A DNA stretch of 64,000 nucleotides from positions 556,011-620,010 of the forward strand of contig OY970175.1 in assembly GCA_963707865.1 (NCBI GenBank), in the 5' to 3' direction. This stretch comes from an uncultured bacterium. Its GTDB lineage: Bacteria; Patescibacteriota; Minisyncoccia; UBA6257; 2-01-FULL-56-20. Below are positions 11,015-20,811 of this stretch, in pieces. The notes under the pieces were generated by a model. The model was given only the letters and a program-made list of their open reading frames with translations, did no database searches and had not been told where the DNA came from. The position numbers were made by a program, and so were the translations under genes. How positions within the stretch are numbered: the first letter of the stretch is position 1; the number at the start of each line of letters is the position of its first letter.

Positions 11015-11596
11015 CTAAATCATCTTTTTCTTCCGGGCGGAGACGAGCAGCCGTTCATAAATCGTGAGGATTTTCTTGTCGTGCAACATGTAGTCGCGTT
11101 TGTATTTTTGAAGCTCGGCCTCGGTGATCCCGTGTTCCTTCCACGGAGGCGTGCCGGAGGCGAGACCTTGGAGCATGGGCTGCAAGCGGTCTATGGAAAT
11201 CGCCACTTTTGCCTCCTTGGTGCGCCCGGCTTCAAACTCCGCCCAGAGCCGGTGGAATTTCTTTTTGAGATCCGGCGGCAAACGCCCAAAGAGCTTTTTT
11301 GCCGCCACGTCCTCACGAGCCTTTTTGGACCTGCGCGCCGCATGGTCAAAAAGAAAAGTGTCGCCCGCGTAAATTTCCACAAGATCATGCGCGAGAATCA
11401 GTTCCAGTGTCCGCAAAAGATCGAGGCTGCGCGGCAAGTCCCTAGAAAGAACCATGGCCCACAGGGCGAGGTCATAAGAATGTTCTGCGCTGCTCTCCGG
11501 ACGCTTCCCGCCGGCAATCCTCGTCCGCCGCTCAACCAACTTCAATTTCGTGGCCTCTCCGAGAAACGAAAGTAGGGTATCAATTCTATCTTTCAT
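11015..11596 (-). CDS. HD-domain phosphohydrolase (5'-deoxynucleotidase-like)
   Basis: ESSAEHS, LAHDLVEIYAGD, EFE...T.EAK...DRLQP; ATGA overlap with purQ. Confidence 0.85.
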   Translation of the reverse strand: MKDRIDTLLSFLGEATKLKLVERRTRIAGGKRPESSAEHSYDLALWAMVLSRDLPRSLDLLRTLELILAHDLVEIYAGDTFLFDHAARRSKKAREDVAAKKLFGRLPPDLKKKFHRLWAEFEAGRTKEAKVAISIDRLQPMLQGLASGTPPWKEHGITEAELQKYKRDYMLHDKKILTIYERLLVSARKKKMI

Positions 11597-12363
11597 TTGA
11601 AATACCCGACGGCATTCTTGAAAACCTGGAGGCCGGGGCCATGGATGGGAAGCTTTTTCCCTGCGCGCTCCAATTTCTCTTTAAGGTAAGGCCAGTGCGG
11701 GAGCTGCGTGAAGAACATCGCGCGCTCGGGATGCGGCATCGTTCCCAAAATTCTCCCCTCGCGGGCGGTGATGGAGGCGATGTCCCTCATTGCGCCGTTC
11801 GGATTCGCGGCGAGATCTTGATATTTGCAAACTTCCCCTTTTATGTATTTTGCGGCGATTGCATGGCTTTTCTCCAAAACGGCAAGCGTCTTCGAATCCG
11901 CAAAGTATCTCCCCTCGCCATGCGCGATCGGAACCATAAGCGTCTTTATCCCGCGCATCCACGGCGTCTCGCCCACAATTTTCAAATCAACCCAACGGTC
12001 GGTGTACCGCGCGGAGGTGTTTGGAAGCAAAGCGCCGGGCAAAAGGCCGAGGTTCGTGAGGATTTGAAAGCCGTTGCAGATCCCGATTACGAGCCGGTCG
12101 CCGCTCACGAACTTTTCCAGTTCTTCGCGAAGATGATTCTTTAGCTTGTTGGCATACGCCTTGCCGGAGCCCGTGTCGTCGCCGTACGAAAATCCTCCGG
12201 GGATCGCAAGAATCTGATAATTTTTCAATTTTCCCTTTTCCGCAACAAGGTCGTTCACGTGGACAATGTCCGCACGCGCACCCGCGAGGTCAAACGCGTA
12301 TTTGGTCTCGTCCTCGCAATTGAGGCCGTATCCAGAAAGCACAATGGCGCGCGGTTGTTTCAT
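11593..12363 (-). CDS. purQ: FGAM synthase glutaminase subunit
   Basis: GLNCE, PGGFSYGD, GICNGFQIL, AHGEGR, NPNG, MPHPER. Confidence 0.96.
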   Translation of the reverse strand: MKQPRAIVLSGYGLNCEDETKYAFDLAGARADIVHVNDLVAEKGKLKNYQILAIPGGFSYGDDTGSGKAYANKLKNHLREELEKFVSGDRLVIGICNGFQILTNLGLLPGALLPNTSARYTDRWVDLKIVGETPWMRGIKTLMVPIAHGEGRYFADSKTLAVLEKSHAIAAKYIKGEVCKYQDLAANPNGAMRDIASITAREGRILGTMPHPERAMFFTQLPHWPYLKEKLERAGKKLPIHGPGLQVFKNAVGYFK

Positions 12364-12365
12364 GG

Positions 12366-15299
12366 TTAATATCCTTTGAACATAGATTTATATGCGCGCA
12401 GCATCAGGGCGAGCGGCACTTTCGCCGTTTTTCTGCGACAGATGGAAACGTAGCTTTTGTTCGTCACGCGGCCGATGCAGGCGAACGAATTGCCGCGCAT
12501 TTTCTTCTCAAACTCACGGCGACGGCGCGGGGCGATAGTCGCGACGATTCTCCCTTGGCTTTCGGAAAACATCGCCGACTCATCGCTTGAAACCATTCCC
12601 GGCAGCTTGGCGAACGAAACATCCAAACCGAGCTTCCCCGCCATCGCCGTCTTCGCGAGCGCGACCGCAAGCCCACCCCTCTGCACGCCGATGGCCGAAG
12701 CCACCGTGCCTGCGCGCACGCACGAATAGAACGCATCGTACAACCGCTTGTTCTTCTTCGCGTCCACGTGCGGAACCCTTCCGGTTGAAAAATATTCGCT
12801 GCCACCAAGCTCATCAAAGGTATCGCCCAAAACATACACAAGGTCACCCGCCGACTTCGCGTCAAGCGACACCGACTTCGCGGCATCGGGAACAACGCCG
12901 ATCGCGGAGATCAAAAGCGTGGGTGGGATCGAAATTTTCAACGGTTTCCCGTTCGCATCGTACCCTTTGAAATCGTTGAACATACTGTCCTTTCCCGAAA
13001 TGAACGGCGTCCCGTATGCGACTGCGTAGTCGTAACATGCCTGCACGGCGCGCTTCAGTTGGAACAGCCGCTCCGGCTCATTGGAACTGCACCAGCAAAA
13101 ATTATCAAGTAGCGCAAGATAATCGGGGTCGGCACCCGCGGCCACGGCGGATCGGATCGCGGTATCAATCGCGCACGCCGCCATCGCGTAGGGATCGCGC
13201 TCCGAGTATGAGGGAACTATGCCTGACGAGAGCACCACCCCTTTAGGAGAATCAAGAACCGGGCGGAAAACCGACGCGTCCGCGTTCACCCTTCCCCTTC
13301 CGACGAGCGGCTTCAACACGGAACTTGCCTGCACCTCGTGATCGTATTGCATGGCAATAAACTCGGAACTTGCAATGTTCGGATGCGCGAGTATGTGGAA
13401 GACCGCTGCGCCGAGGTCGCGCTCCTCGCGAAGCGGCGAGTCGATGTCAGGTGGCAGCGGCTCGCGGGTCGTGAGCCGCTTCGTGGGCAGTCCTTCGTGG
13501 AGAAATTCCAAATCAACATCCATCGCGGTCTTCCCTTTGAACTTCACAACGCACTTCCCGGAATCCGTAAAGCACCCGATTACGGTTGCCTCAACACCGC
13601 GCGCGCGCAAAAGCTTGGAAAGTTCTTGCCAGTTGGATTTCGGAACGGCGAGCGTCATGCGCTCCTGCGATTCCGAAATCCAGATCTTCCACGGCTCAAG
13701 GCCAGGATATTTAAGCGGCACCTTATCCAAATCAACAAGGCATCCGTTGCACTCCTTCGCCATCTCGGCCACCGAGCACGACAGCCCTCCGGCGCCGTTG
13801 TCCGTAATGCTGTGATAGAGTTTACGGTCGCGCGCTTCTTTTATCAGGGCGTCGCTCATCTTCTTTTGCGTGATCGGATCGCCGATCTGCACCGCCGTCG
13901 CAGGACTTCCCGAATCCATCGCTTCCGAAGAAAATGTCGCACCATGGATGCCGTCCTGCCCCACGCGGCCGCCCGTCATCACGATGTAATCCCCCGCCTG
14001 CGCCCGCTTTTTATACAAAGACCTGCCCCCGTGCACGCGCGGGATGAGCCCCACCGTCCCCACAAAAACAAGTGGCTTCCCTCGGTAACGCTTGTCAAAA
14101 AGGACGAATCCCTGTGGTGTGGGGATGCCGGAGCAATTTCCACCGACGTTCACGCCCCTCACCACACCGTCCATGATCCGCCGCGCGGAAAGCATTTTCT
14201 GCTTTTTAGCCGCATCCCGGTAGAGCACGCTCGTATCGCGCGGGTCGGCGAAGCAAAAGCCGTACAGGTTCGCGACCGGCTTCGCGCCGAGCCCGAATCC
14301 CATCGTGTCGCGGTTCACGCCGACAATGCCCGTGACCGATCCGCCAAAAGGGTCAAGCGCGGAAGGACTGTTGTGCGTTTCCACCTTATGCGTGATTAAA
14401 TATTTATCATCAAACGCTATCGCGCCGGAATTGTCAGTGAAAACCGAAACACAAAAATCTTTTTTGCCTTTCTTCTTGCGGATGTCATTCGTCGCTTGTT
14501 TGATGTACGAACGAAAGAGGCCTCCTTTCACCTCGTCAATTGGATCCGCGAAGATTGTGTGTTTGCAATGCTCCGACCACGTCTGCGCGAGTGATTCAAC
14601 CTCCACGTCAGTCGGCTTGCGCTTTTTCTTCGTGAAGTAATCGCGAATCGCCTTCATACTCGGAAGATCAAGCGCGAGCGGCCCGTTCCGCGTCCCGTCT
14701 TTGTTCTGAATCCCTTCCTTCCCAATGCGGGAGAGCTCTTCGTCGCTCACTTCCAAATTTACGGCCTCCACGGACGGTTTCGTGCGAAGATTCACCTTTG
14801 GAACCGCCGCCCCCATTCCCTTATCGCGCTTGAATTCGCTGGCGCTCTTGATCCGCGCACGCTGGATGAGCGGGTTATAAAGACCTTCGGCAATTGCCGC
14901 TACATCCTCTTTGGGCAATCTTCCCGAGAGGAAGAGAACCTGCGAGGAATATACACCCTGGCCGTTTTTACATTTCCTTCCCAGGAAATCTTCTATCGTT
15001 TCGCGGGCGGTCGTGCCCACGTTGTCGGTCACGCCCGGGAGAAATCCGACCTCAACCGCCCACGCAAACTTCTTTGGCGCCTCGGCAGAATTAATTACCG
15101 CTCGTTCAACGAGCGGGTTTTCAAAAAGTGCGGCGACTCCCTTGCGCTCTTTTGTCGTGAGCGGCATGTCCACCACGTATGAATCCGCAAGCGCGACGCC
15201 GGCAATCTTCCCTTTGAAGCCGCGGTCTTCAAGCTGCCGCCGATACACCTCGGCCCGCGTGTCAGGTACTTTATATCTGACGTCTATGCGCACAGCCAT
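12366..15299 (-). CDS. purL: FGAM synthase large subunit with N-terminal PurS-like extension
   Basis: QTWSEHCKH, VETHNSPS, DNGAGG, SESQERM, ISGKDS; ~170 aa N-terminal region (PGVTDNVG, NPLIQ). Confidence 0.95.
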   Translation of the reverse strand: MAVRIDVRYKVPDTRAEVYRRQLEDRGFKGKIAGVALADSYVVDMPLTTKERKGVAALFENPLVERAVINSAEAPKKFAWAVEVGFLPGVTDNVGTTARETIEDFLGRKCKNGQGVYSSQVLFLSGRLPKEDVAAIAEGLYNPLIQRARIKSASEFKRDKGMGAAVPKVNLRTKPSVEAVNLEVSDEELSRIGKEGIQNKDGTRNGPLALDLPSMKAIRDYFTKKKRKPTDVEVESLAQTWSEHCKHTIFADPIDEVKGGLFRSYIKQATNDIRKKKGKKDFCVSVFTDNSGAIAFDDKYLITHKVETHNSPSALDPFGGSVTGIVGVNRDTMGFGLGAKPVANLYGFCFADPRDTSVLYRDAAKKQKMLSARRIMDGVVRGVNVGGNCSGIPTPQGFVLFDKRYRGKPLVFVGTVGLIPRVHGGRSLYKKRAQAGDYIVMTGGRVGQDGIHGATFSSEAMDSGSPATAVQIGDPITQKKMSDALIKEARDRKLYHSITDNGAGGLSCSVAEMAKECNGCLVDLDKVPLKYPGLEPWKIWISESQERMTLAVPKSNWQELSKLLRARGVEATVIGCFTDSGKCVVKFKGKTAMDVDLEFLHEGLPTKRLTTREPLPPDIDSPLREERDLGAAVFHILAHPNIASSEFIAMQYDHEVQASSVLKPLVGRGRVNADASVFRPVLDSPKGVVLSSGIVPSYSERDPYAMAACAIDTAIRSAVAAGADPDYLALLDNFCWCSSNEPERLFQLKRAVQACYDYAVAYGTPFISGKDSMFNDFKGYDANGKPLKISIPPTLLISAIGVVPDAAKSVSLDAKSAGDLVYVLGDTFDELGGSEYFSTGRVPHVDAKKNKRLYDAFYSCVRAGTVASAIGVQRGGLAVALAKTAMAGKLGLDVSFAKLPGMVSSDESAMFSESQGRIVATIAPRRRREFEKKMRGNSFACIGRVTNKSYVSICRRKTAKVPLALMLRAYKSMFKGY

Positions 15300-15443
15300 T
15301 TCCTTAATTCAGAGTATATCACATCCCTGCCTTAATCCATTACTCGCACTACAGATAACAAACTAAGGTAGAGAGGGAATCTGCGCATACGATCATTGAT
15401 CGCCACACATACTCCCTCACCCAACCTTCCTTCATTCCTCCTT

Positions 15444-15752
15444 CTACTGAGAAACAACAGTGGCCCTTGTCCTCGCTTGGGCCATGGCGGTGAACTGTTG
15501 CCCAAGAAAGAGTAAAAAGTCGCCCGCCATCTCCTCGGCGACCGTCACTTTTTCATCCTTCGGGTCATACTCAGCCGGCATCACCCAGGCGACCTGAGTA
15601 ATCCATGAAGCCCGGCCCTTCATGATTTCTCGGACTATCTCCTCCGGCTCGTGGACATACGTCTCTTCCCAGTCACCATGGTGAGACCGCAAACACCAAT
15701 TGCGGTCGATGTGGCAATCCCTTGCCTCGTTCAGCAAAACAAGCCCCTTCAT
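15444..15752 (-). CDS. Hypothetical protein (102 aa)
   Basis: ORF with GGGGTGA Shine-Dalgarno and a downstream hairpin at about 15373-15418. Confidence 0.55.
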   Translation of the reverse strand: MKGLVLLNEARDCHIDRNWCLRSHHGDWEETYVHEPEEIVREIMKGRASWITQVAWVMPAEYDPKDEKVTVAEEMAGDFLLFLGQQFTAMAQARTRATVVSQ

Positions 15753-15873
15753 GATTCACCCCAAGCAGAATGAAGTCAGACGATCCTCTGTCCGCTGCGG
15801 AAAGCTTATCAAAACCAATACCGTTGTCAATATAATTTGCGTCCCAGATTGCAAGGTCTGTTAGAATGAGGAT

Positions 15874-16458
15874 ATGGAGAAGGGCAAACCGCGACCCGGA
15901 CTTCCACCGAACGCACATCTTGTCTTTAAGGGCGTGATCTTTGAAGTGTGGCAATGGGAACAGGAAATGTTTGATGGAACAACAGAAATTTTTGAAAGGG
16001 TATGGCGGCCGCCGGCAGTAGAGGTCATCGCAACAGTCGGCGACAAGATCCTTATCGAAGACCAAGACCAGCCCGACCGGCCAGACAATATCAATTTCCC
16101 GAGCGGCAGAGCGGACAAAAACGACGATCCGCTCTTAGAAGCGAAGCGGGAGTTACTTGAAGAAACCGGCTATGAATCGGCTGACTGGCAGTTATTCATG
16201 AAACACGCAAGAGACGGAAAGGTAATGCAAGACAGTTATTTCTTTATCGCAAGAAATTGTAAAAAGACTGGCGAGCCGCACCTTGATCCCGGAGAAAAGA
16301 TAGAAACGAGGCTCGTCACGTTTGACGAGCTCATCGCCCTCGCCGACGAGCCACGCTTCTGGATATTTCCCGAATTCATCAGTTACCTCCTCCGGCTGCG
16401 GCTTGACCCCGCGAAGAAACAGGAATTCAAAATACTGCTCTTCCCCTATACACATTGA
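15874..16458 (+). CDS. NUDIX hydrolase (ADP-ribose pyrophosphatase-like)
   Basis: Nudix box PSGRAD...EAKRELLEETGY; LDPGE. Confidence 0.9.
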   Translation: MEKGKPRPGLPPNAHLVFKGVIFEVWQWEQEMFDGTTEIFERVWRPPAVEVIATVGDKILIEDQDQPDRPDNINFPSGRADKNDDPLLEAKRELLEETGYESADWQLFMKHARDGKVMQDSYFFIARNCKKTGEPHLDPGEKIETRLVTFDELIALADEPRFWIFPEFISYLLRLRLDPAKKQEFKILLFPYTH

Positions 16459-16530
16459 CTGCGTTCTAATTCGTTGCTATAAATTCTCATAGATAGAGAG
16501 AGAGAGAAGGGAAAACGGGAGGTGATCCTG

Positions 16531-16872
16531 ATGGTCACTGCAAACATTCGCAAGGTGGATGGCATCCGTGTTGTTGATCTGATTGGGCGACTCGTTTTGG
16601 AGGATGAGGTTGCCCGTGTCAGGGAAGTGCTTTGCGATCTGCTGCTTGAAGAAAATCGCAACGTCCTTGTAAACCTCGAGGGGGTTTCCAGCATTAATAG
16701 CATGGGCATCGCAGGCTTGATCCGCGCTGCCACCACCGCGAGATTTAGCGGCAGAGACGTAAAGCTACTCAAGGTGCCTGTTGTCGTCAGAACCTTGGAT
16801 GTCGATCGGCTCCTGTTCTCCTTTTTTGAAACATTCCAAATAGAGGAAGCAGGAGTGGCCAGCTTTCATTAA
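16531..16872 (+). CDS. STAS-domain anti-sigma factor antagonist-like protein
   Basis: VVDLIGRL...VLVNLEGVSSINSMGIAGL; GGAGGTGA SD before ATG 16531. Confidence 0.8.
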   Translation: MVTANIRKVDGIRVVDLIGRLVLEDEVARVREVLCDLLLEENRNVLVNLEGVSSINSMGIAGLIRAATTARFSGRDVKLLKVPVVVRTLDVDRLLFSFFETFQIEEAGVASFH

Positions 16873-17041
16873 TCTCATCCATTCATAACGACCACAACGC
16901 GAACGCGGGCATACCTCAACTCAACACTTGCCCGCACTTCCTAAGCACGGAACGATGGTTGCGTTTTTAGGAAGAGTTGGTATTGACGATTGCGTCACTA
17001 TTTGCATATAGTAGTGGCGGGAGACGGAAGGAGGAAAAGTT

Positions 17042-17410
17042 ATGATCATAGATTTTTCCGAGCCGATTGCCATCTGGGAGATCGGCCTGGCAATGATCAT
17101 CACCGCCAACGGGGGGAACGGTGGATTCAAAGATTGTACCGGTGTTCTTGAAACTTTTTTCCAGAGGCACCGGTCGTCAATGTCGTTCATCTTGCCGGGA
17201 TACGTAAGCCCCGAGGTTTATCAAGCGACCGCAGAACTTGATAAGCTTGAGCGAGCTAACTACATAGTCCGTCAAGGGGGCCTGCTCACCGTAACGCCCA
17301 TCGGAATCAATTACTTCAAAGAGCACCTCGCATATCGATTCCATGGGGCGAAAGGAGAAGAACTCCACAAGCTTGCGGCGGAATTCCGCAAGCAGTTCGC
17401 CACCGAATAA
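17042..17410 (+). CDS. Hypothetical protein, possibly winged-helix
   Basis: AGGAGG SD; LDKLERANYIVRQGGLLTVTPIG resembles a wHTH wing. Confidence 0.55.
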   Translation: MIIDFSEPIAIWEIGLAMIITANGGNGGFKDCTGVLETFFQRHRSSMSFILPGYVSPEVYQATAELDKLERANYIVRQGGLLTVTPIGINYFKEHLAYRFHGAKGEELHKLAAEFRKQFATE

Positions 17411-17533
17411 GGCGGTAGACCGCGACCGGCCCGTTGAGAGTCTTAACCTCCGGCGGGCCGCGTACTTTATTTGTTAGATTTATGGGTTGCCCCTCTTGAG
17501 GTATATGAGGTATATATAATGAACGCAAATAGT

Positions 17534-18478
17534 ATGAAAAACATCGTCACTATCGGAGGCGGTACCGGCAGCTTTAATGTCTTGAGCGCCCTTAAGGGAT
17601 ACCCGGTACATCTCACTGCCATTGTCGCCATGTCTGATGACGGCAAATCTACTGGCCTCCTGCGCGATCAATACGGCGTCCTTCCGCCGGGCGATGTCCG
17701 GAGAGCACTCGTCGCCCTTTCGGAGTCAAGCGCGGTTATGCGTGATCTTTTTAATTACCGCTTCGTAAATGGAGGACTTGAGGGATATAGTTTCGGCAGT
17801 CTGTTCATCGCAACCCTCGAAAAGGTAACTGGTAGTTTTTCGGCAGCCCTCAAGGAGGCATCAGGCATCTTGAAAATACGGGGAGAAGTGGCGCCGGTGA
17901 CACTAGATAATATCCGCCTGTGCGCGCGTCTTCAAGACGGAGAAGTCATCCACGGTGAAAAAAATATTGACATTCCTCACGTGCCCCCCCGTTCCCCCAT
18001 AGAAAAAGTGTGGCTTGAGCCCGCCGCGCGTATGAACCCGAATCTGCGGCGCATTTTCAAAAACGCCGACCTGATCGTGATTGGTCCGGGCGATCTCTAC
18101 ACGAGCGTAGTACCGAATTTGCTGGTCCGCGGCGTGCGGGAGGAGATCAAAAAATCAAAGGCGAAGAAAGTGTTTCTCTGCAACCTTATGACAAAGCAGG
18201 GCGAGACGGACAATTTCACGGCGGAGGACTTTTTGAACACGATTGAAAAATATCTCGGTAACAACGTACTTGATTTTGCGGTTTTCAACAAAAAGCGGCC
18301 GCAGCGGCAGCTGCTCAAAAAATACGGGGAGGAGGGCGCGCGCTTCGTAACTCCGCCAAAGGGATCCATAAGAAACCGCAAGCCCGTCTATCTCATCGCG
18401 GATGTTCTTGATGGTTCCCGCTTCATCCGCCACGGTTCTCCTCAAAAGCTCGGGAAATTGCTTTTTTCCCTTCTCTAA
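17534..18478 (+). CDS. YvcK/CofD-family (UPF0052) protein
   Basis: IVTIGGGTG, DDGKSTGLLR, LPPGDVR, GPGDLYTSVVPNL, NLMTKQGET; start could be 17519. Confidence 0.92.
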   Translation: MKNIVTIGGGTGSFNVLSALKGYPVHLTAIVAMSDDGKSTGLLRDQYGVLPPGDVRRALVALSESSAVMRDLFNYRFVNGGLEGYSFGSLFIATLEKVTGSFSAALKEASGILKIRGEVAPVTLDNIRLCARLQDGEVIHGEKNIDIPHVPPRSPIEKVWLEPAARMNPNLRRIFKNADLIVIGPGDLYTSVVPNLLVRGVREEIKKSKAKKVFLCNLMTKQGETDNFTAEDFLNTIEKYLGNNVLDFAVFNKKRPQRQLLKKYGEEGARFVTPPKGSIRNRKPVYLIADVLDGSRFIRHGSPQKLGKLLFSLL

Positions 18479-18536
18479 ACGAAAATACCTCGGGAATGCG
18501 GAGCCCACTCGCATACGCCATAGCCCCTATGGCGGC

Positions 18537-19328
18537 TTACGAAAGGAGCACCCCTCCGTCAACGACAACCTGGCTTCCTGTCATATAGGAAGACATGTCG
18601 GAAGCAAGGAAAAGCGCAACCTTGCCGATGTCATCCGGCTCCCCCATCCGCTTCATAGGAATCCTTGCGAGAAAACTTGCGAGCATCTTAGCCATATCAA
18701 CACCCCCTGGCGCCTGCGCCGCCTTCTGCATTCCGGTGGCCCCAGGCGTCGCAATCCCTCCCGGCGCGATCGCATTCACCCAAATGCGGTGCGGCGCGAG
18801 TTCCAACGCCACGTTCTTCGTGAATCCCCACGCACCATGCTTTGAGGCGTCATAATGCGCAAGACCGATGGACGAAGGATGGAGAGCATCAATGGAAGTG
18901 ATATTAATGATCTTCCCCCCGCGTCCCTGCGCGATCATCCGCTCGGCAACTTTCTTCGTGCACAGAAACAGGCCCTTCAAATTGATGGCGAGCACCCGAT
19001 CAAAATCGGCGGCGGTCATGTTCATCACGAGAATGCTCGGATAGATGCCCGCATTGTTCACAAGAATGTCTACGCCGCCGAACGCCTCCGTTGCTTTCCC
19101 CACCATGCGCTCCACGTCCGCCTCATTGGACACGTCAGCCTGCACCGCGTCCGCTTTCCAACCGTCCGCCAGAAGTTCCTGCTTCGCCTTCTCCGCGTTC
19201 TCGGCATTCACGTCCGCGACGAGCACGTTCGCCCCCGCTTCCGCCAACCGGCGACTGATCCCGAAGCCAATGCCCACCGCCCCGCCCGTCACAATCGCAG
19301 TTTTTCCCGAAAGATTGAGTAATTCCAT
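18537..19328 (-). CDS. Short-chain dehydrogenase/reductase
   Basis: TGGAVGIG, NNAG, YDASK, VNAIAPG, VDGG. Confidence 0.93.
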   Translation of the reverse strand: MELLNLSGKTAIVTGGAVGIGFGISRRLAEAGANVLVADVNAENAEKAKQELLADGWKADAVQADVSNEADVERMVGKATEAFGGVDILVNNAGIYPSILVMNMTAADFDRVLAINLKGLFLCTKKVAERMIAQGRGGKIINITSIDALHPSSIGLAHYDASKHGAWGFTKNVALELAPHRIWVNAIAPGGIATPGATGMQKAAQAPGGVDMAKMLASFLARIPMKRMGEPDDIGKVALFLASDMSSYMTGSQVVVDGGVLLS

Positions 19329-19387
19329 GGGATTGCCATCTATTGTACCACAATAATGCCGGCGGCCGGAAGTGGTATAATGGCAAT

Positions 19388-19606
19388 GTGCGGAAAAAGG
19401 ATGCCATCTATGATGCGGAGAAACTCGCCCGGTTTTTTGGCGTCACAAAAAAGACAGTGTGGGACTGGTGCAAACGCGGCAAGCTCCCCGGTTTCAAGAT
19501 CGGGAAACAATGGAAGGTGCGCGTGGCGGATTTACAAAAGATGATTGACCGGAAAATATGGCGCCAAAAGGAAGGTGCGTCGCCGGCAACCCCGAAATTA
19601 TTTTAA
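19388..19606 (+). CDS. Excisionase-type helix-turn-helix protein
   Basis: LARFFGVTKKTVWDWCKRGKLPGFKIGKQWKV; TATAAT at 19376-19381 just before GTG 19388. Confidence 0.8.
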   Translation: MRKKDAIYDAEKLARFFGVTKKTVWDWCKRGKLPGFKIGKQWKVRVADLQKMIDRKIWRQKEGASPATPKLF

Positions 19607-19634
19607 AGGTCGAAAAAAATCATTCATCATTCCC

Positions 19635-19781
19635 ATGTGGAAGCAATGGGTTAATTTCATCCTCGGCATTCTCGTTGTGGTTTTCGCGTACGCAAGCAGT
19701 GGCCATACCTTGCGCTTTGTGATCGCTGGTGTTTTGATCGCAGTGCTCGCGCTCTGGACCGCGCTACAAAAGAAAGCGTAA
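19635..19781 (+). CDS. Small two-TM membrane protein (SPW-repeat-like)
   Basis: MWKQWVNFILGILVV...GVLIAVLALW; between HTH and CBS genes. Confidence 0.65.
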   Translation: MWKQWVNFILGILVVVFAYASSGHTLRFVIAGVLIAVLALWTALQKKA

Positions 19782-19788
19782 ACCACAC

Positions 19789-20238
19789 ATGAAAGTCCGC
19801 GAGGTAATGATCTCGCCGGTCGTAACGGTATCGCCGAAAACGACGTACGAAGAAACGGCGGCGATTCTCCATAAACATCAGATAAGCGGCGTGCCGGTCG
19901 TGAATGGTCGCGGGAAGCTTGCAGGCATCGTTTCTGAAAAAGATCTCTTCCGCGCGATGTATCCTCTTTATGAGGAATACCTCCTGGAACCACACGCGTA
20001 CTACAATCAAGAGCTCCAGGAAGAGGAAATCCGAGCGATCCGCACGCAACCCGTAGAAAAATATATGAGCACGCAGGTGGTCACGATTGATGCCGAGGCC
20101 TCCATCCTCCACGCCGGAGGCCTCATGCTCGCACGAGGTTTCCACCGGCTGCCGGTGCTCCACGAAGGCAAGCTCGTCGGTATCGTAAGCCGCGAGGACA
20201 TTTACGGCGCCATCCTCAAAAAACATCTCAATTTGTGA
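19789..20238 (+). CDS. CBS-domain pair protein
   Basis: VREVM...ISGVPVV...GIVSEKDL; second CBS RLPVL...GIVSREDI. Confidence 0.92.
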   Translation: MKVREVMISPVVTVSPKTTYEETAAILHKHQISGVPVVNGRGKLAGIVSEKDLFRAMYPLYEEYLLEPHAYYNQELQEEEIRAIRTQPVEKYMSTQVVTIDAEASILHAGGLMLARGFHRLPVLHEGKLVGIVSREDIYGAILKKHLNL

Positions 20239-20343
20239 CCCCGAAAGCCCCCTCTTGCGTTTTTTAACGGCCTGTGCTATCATACCATTACCTACAAAGT
20301 AGAAATGTGATATGCCCCGAAAGGGGCGTTTTTGTTGGAAAAC

Positions 20344-20805
20344 ATGCATATTACCTTACATAGATTCCTCAAAAGGATCTACATTCTCGTAACTACGGCG
20401 GCAGCCTTTGTGATGACCGTTGCTCCGGCCATTATTAGGGCTGATATCCTGCCGCAAGCGGACATTTCGGGGCAAAAACTCCAACCCAAAGCGACGCCCA
20501 CGCTTTACCTACGCGTGACGGCATATTCAAGTTCGCCCGACGAGACCGACGATACCCCCTTTATCACCGCAGCGGGGACGAGGGTTAAGAACGGTATCGT
20601 CGCAACAAACGCGTTCCCCTTTGGAACAAAGCTACAAATCCCCGCACTTTTTGGCAATCGGATTTTCACCGTAGAAGATCGTATGAATCGCCGCATGAAA
20701 AATGTCGTGGACGTCTGGATGCCGACGAAATCCGCCGCAATCACATTCGGCGTGAGCTACGCGAACGTCATTATTGTAAAGGACAAGGCACTCTCTCAAA
20801 AGTAA
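20344..20805 (+). CDS. 3D-domain (lytic transglycosylase-like) exported protein
   Basis: N-terminal hydrophobic segment; VTAYSS..ETDDTPFITA, VATN.FPFGT, VEDRM, VDVWM. Confidence 0.88.
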   Translation: MHITLHRFLKRIYILVTTAAAFVMTVAPAIIRADILPQADISGQKLQPKATPTLYLRVTAYSSSPDETDDTPFITAAGTRVKNGIVATNAFPFGTKLQIPALFGNRIFTVEDRMNRRMKNVVDVWMPTKSAAITFGVSYANVIIVKDKALSQK

Positions 20806-20811
20806 TCCGCA

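Noticed and set aside
15300-15440. Purine/ZTP/PRPP riboswitch upstream of purL
   Set aside because: Only a single long hairpin; no recognisable aptamer consensus, better read as the 3' trailer of the upstream orphan
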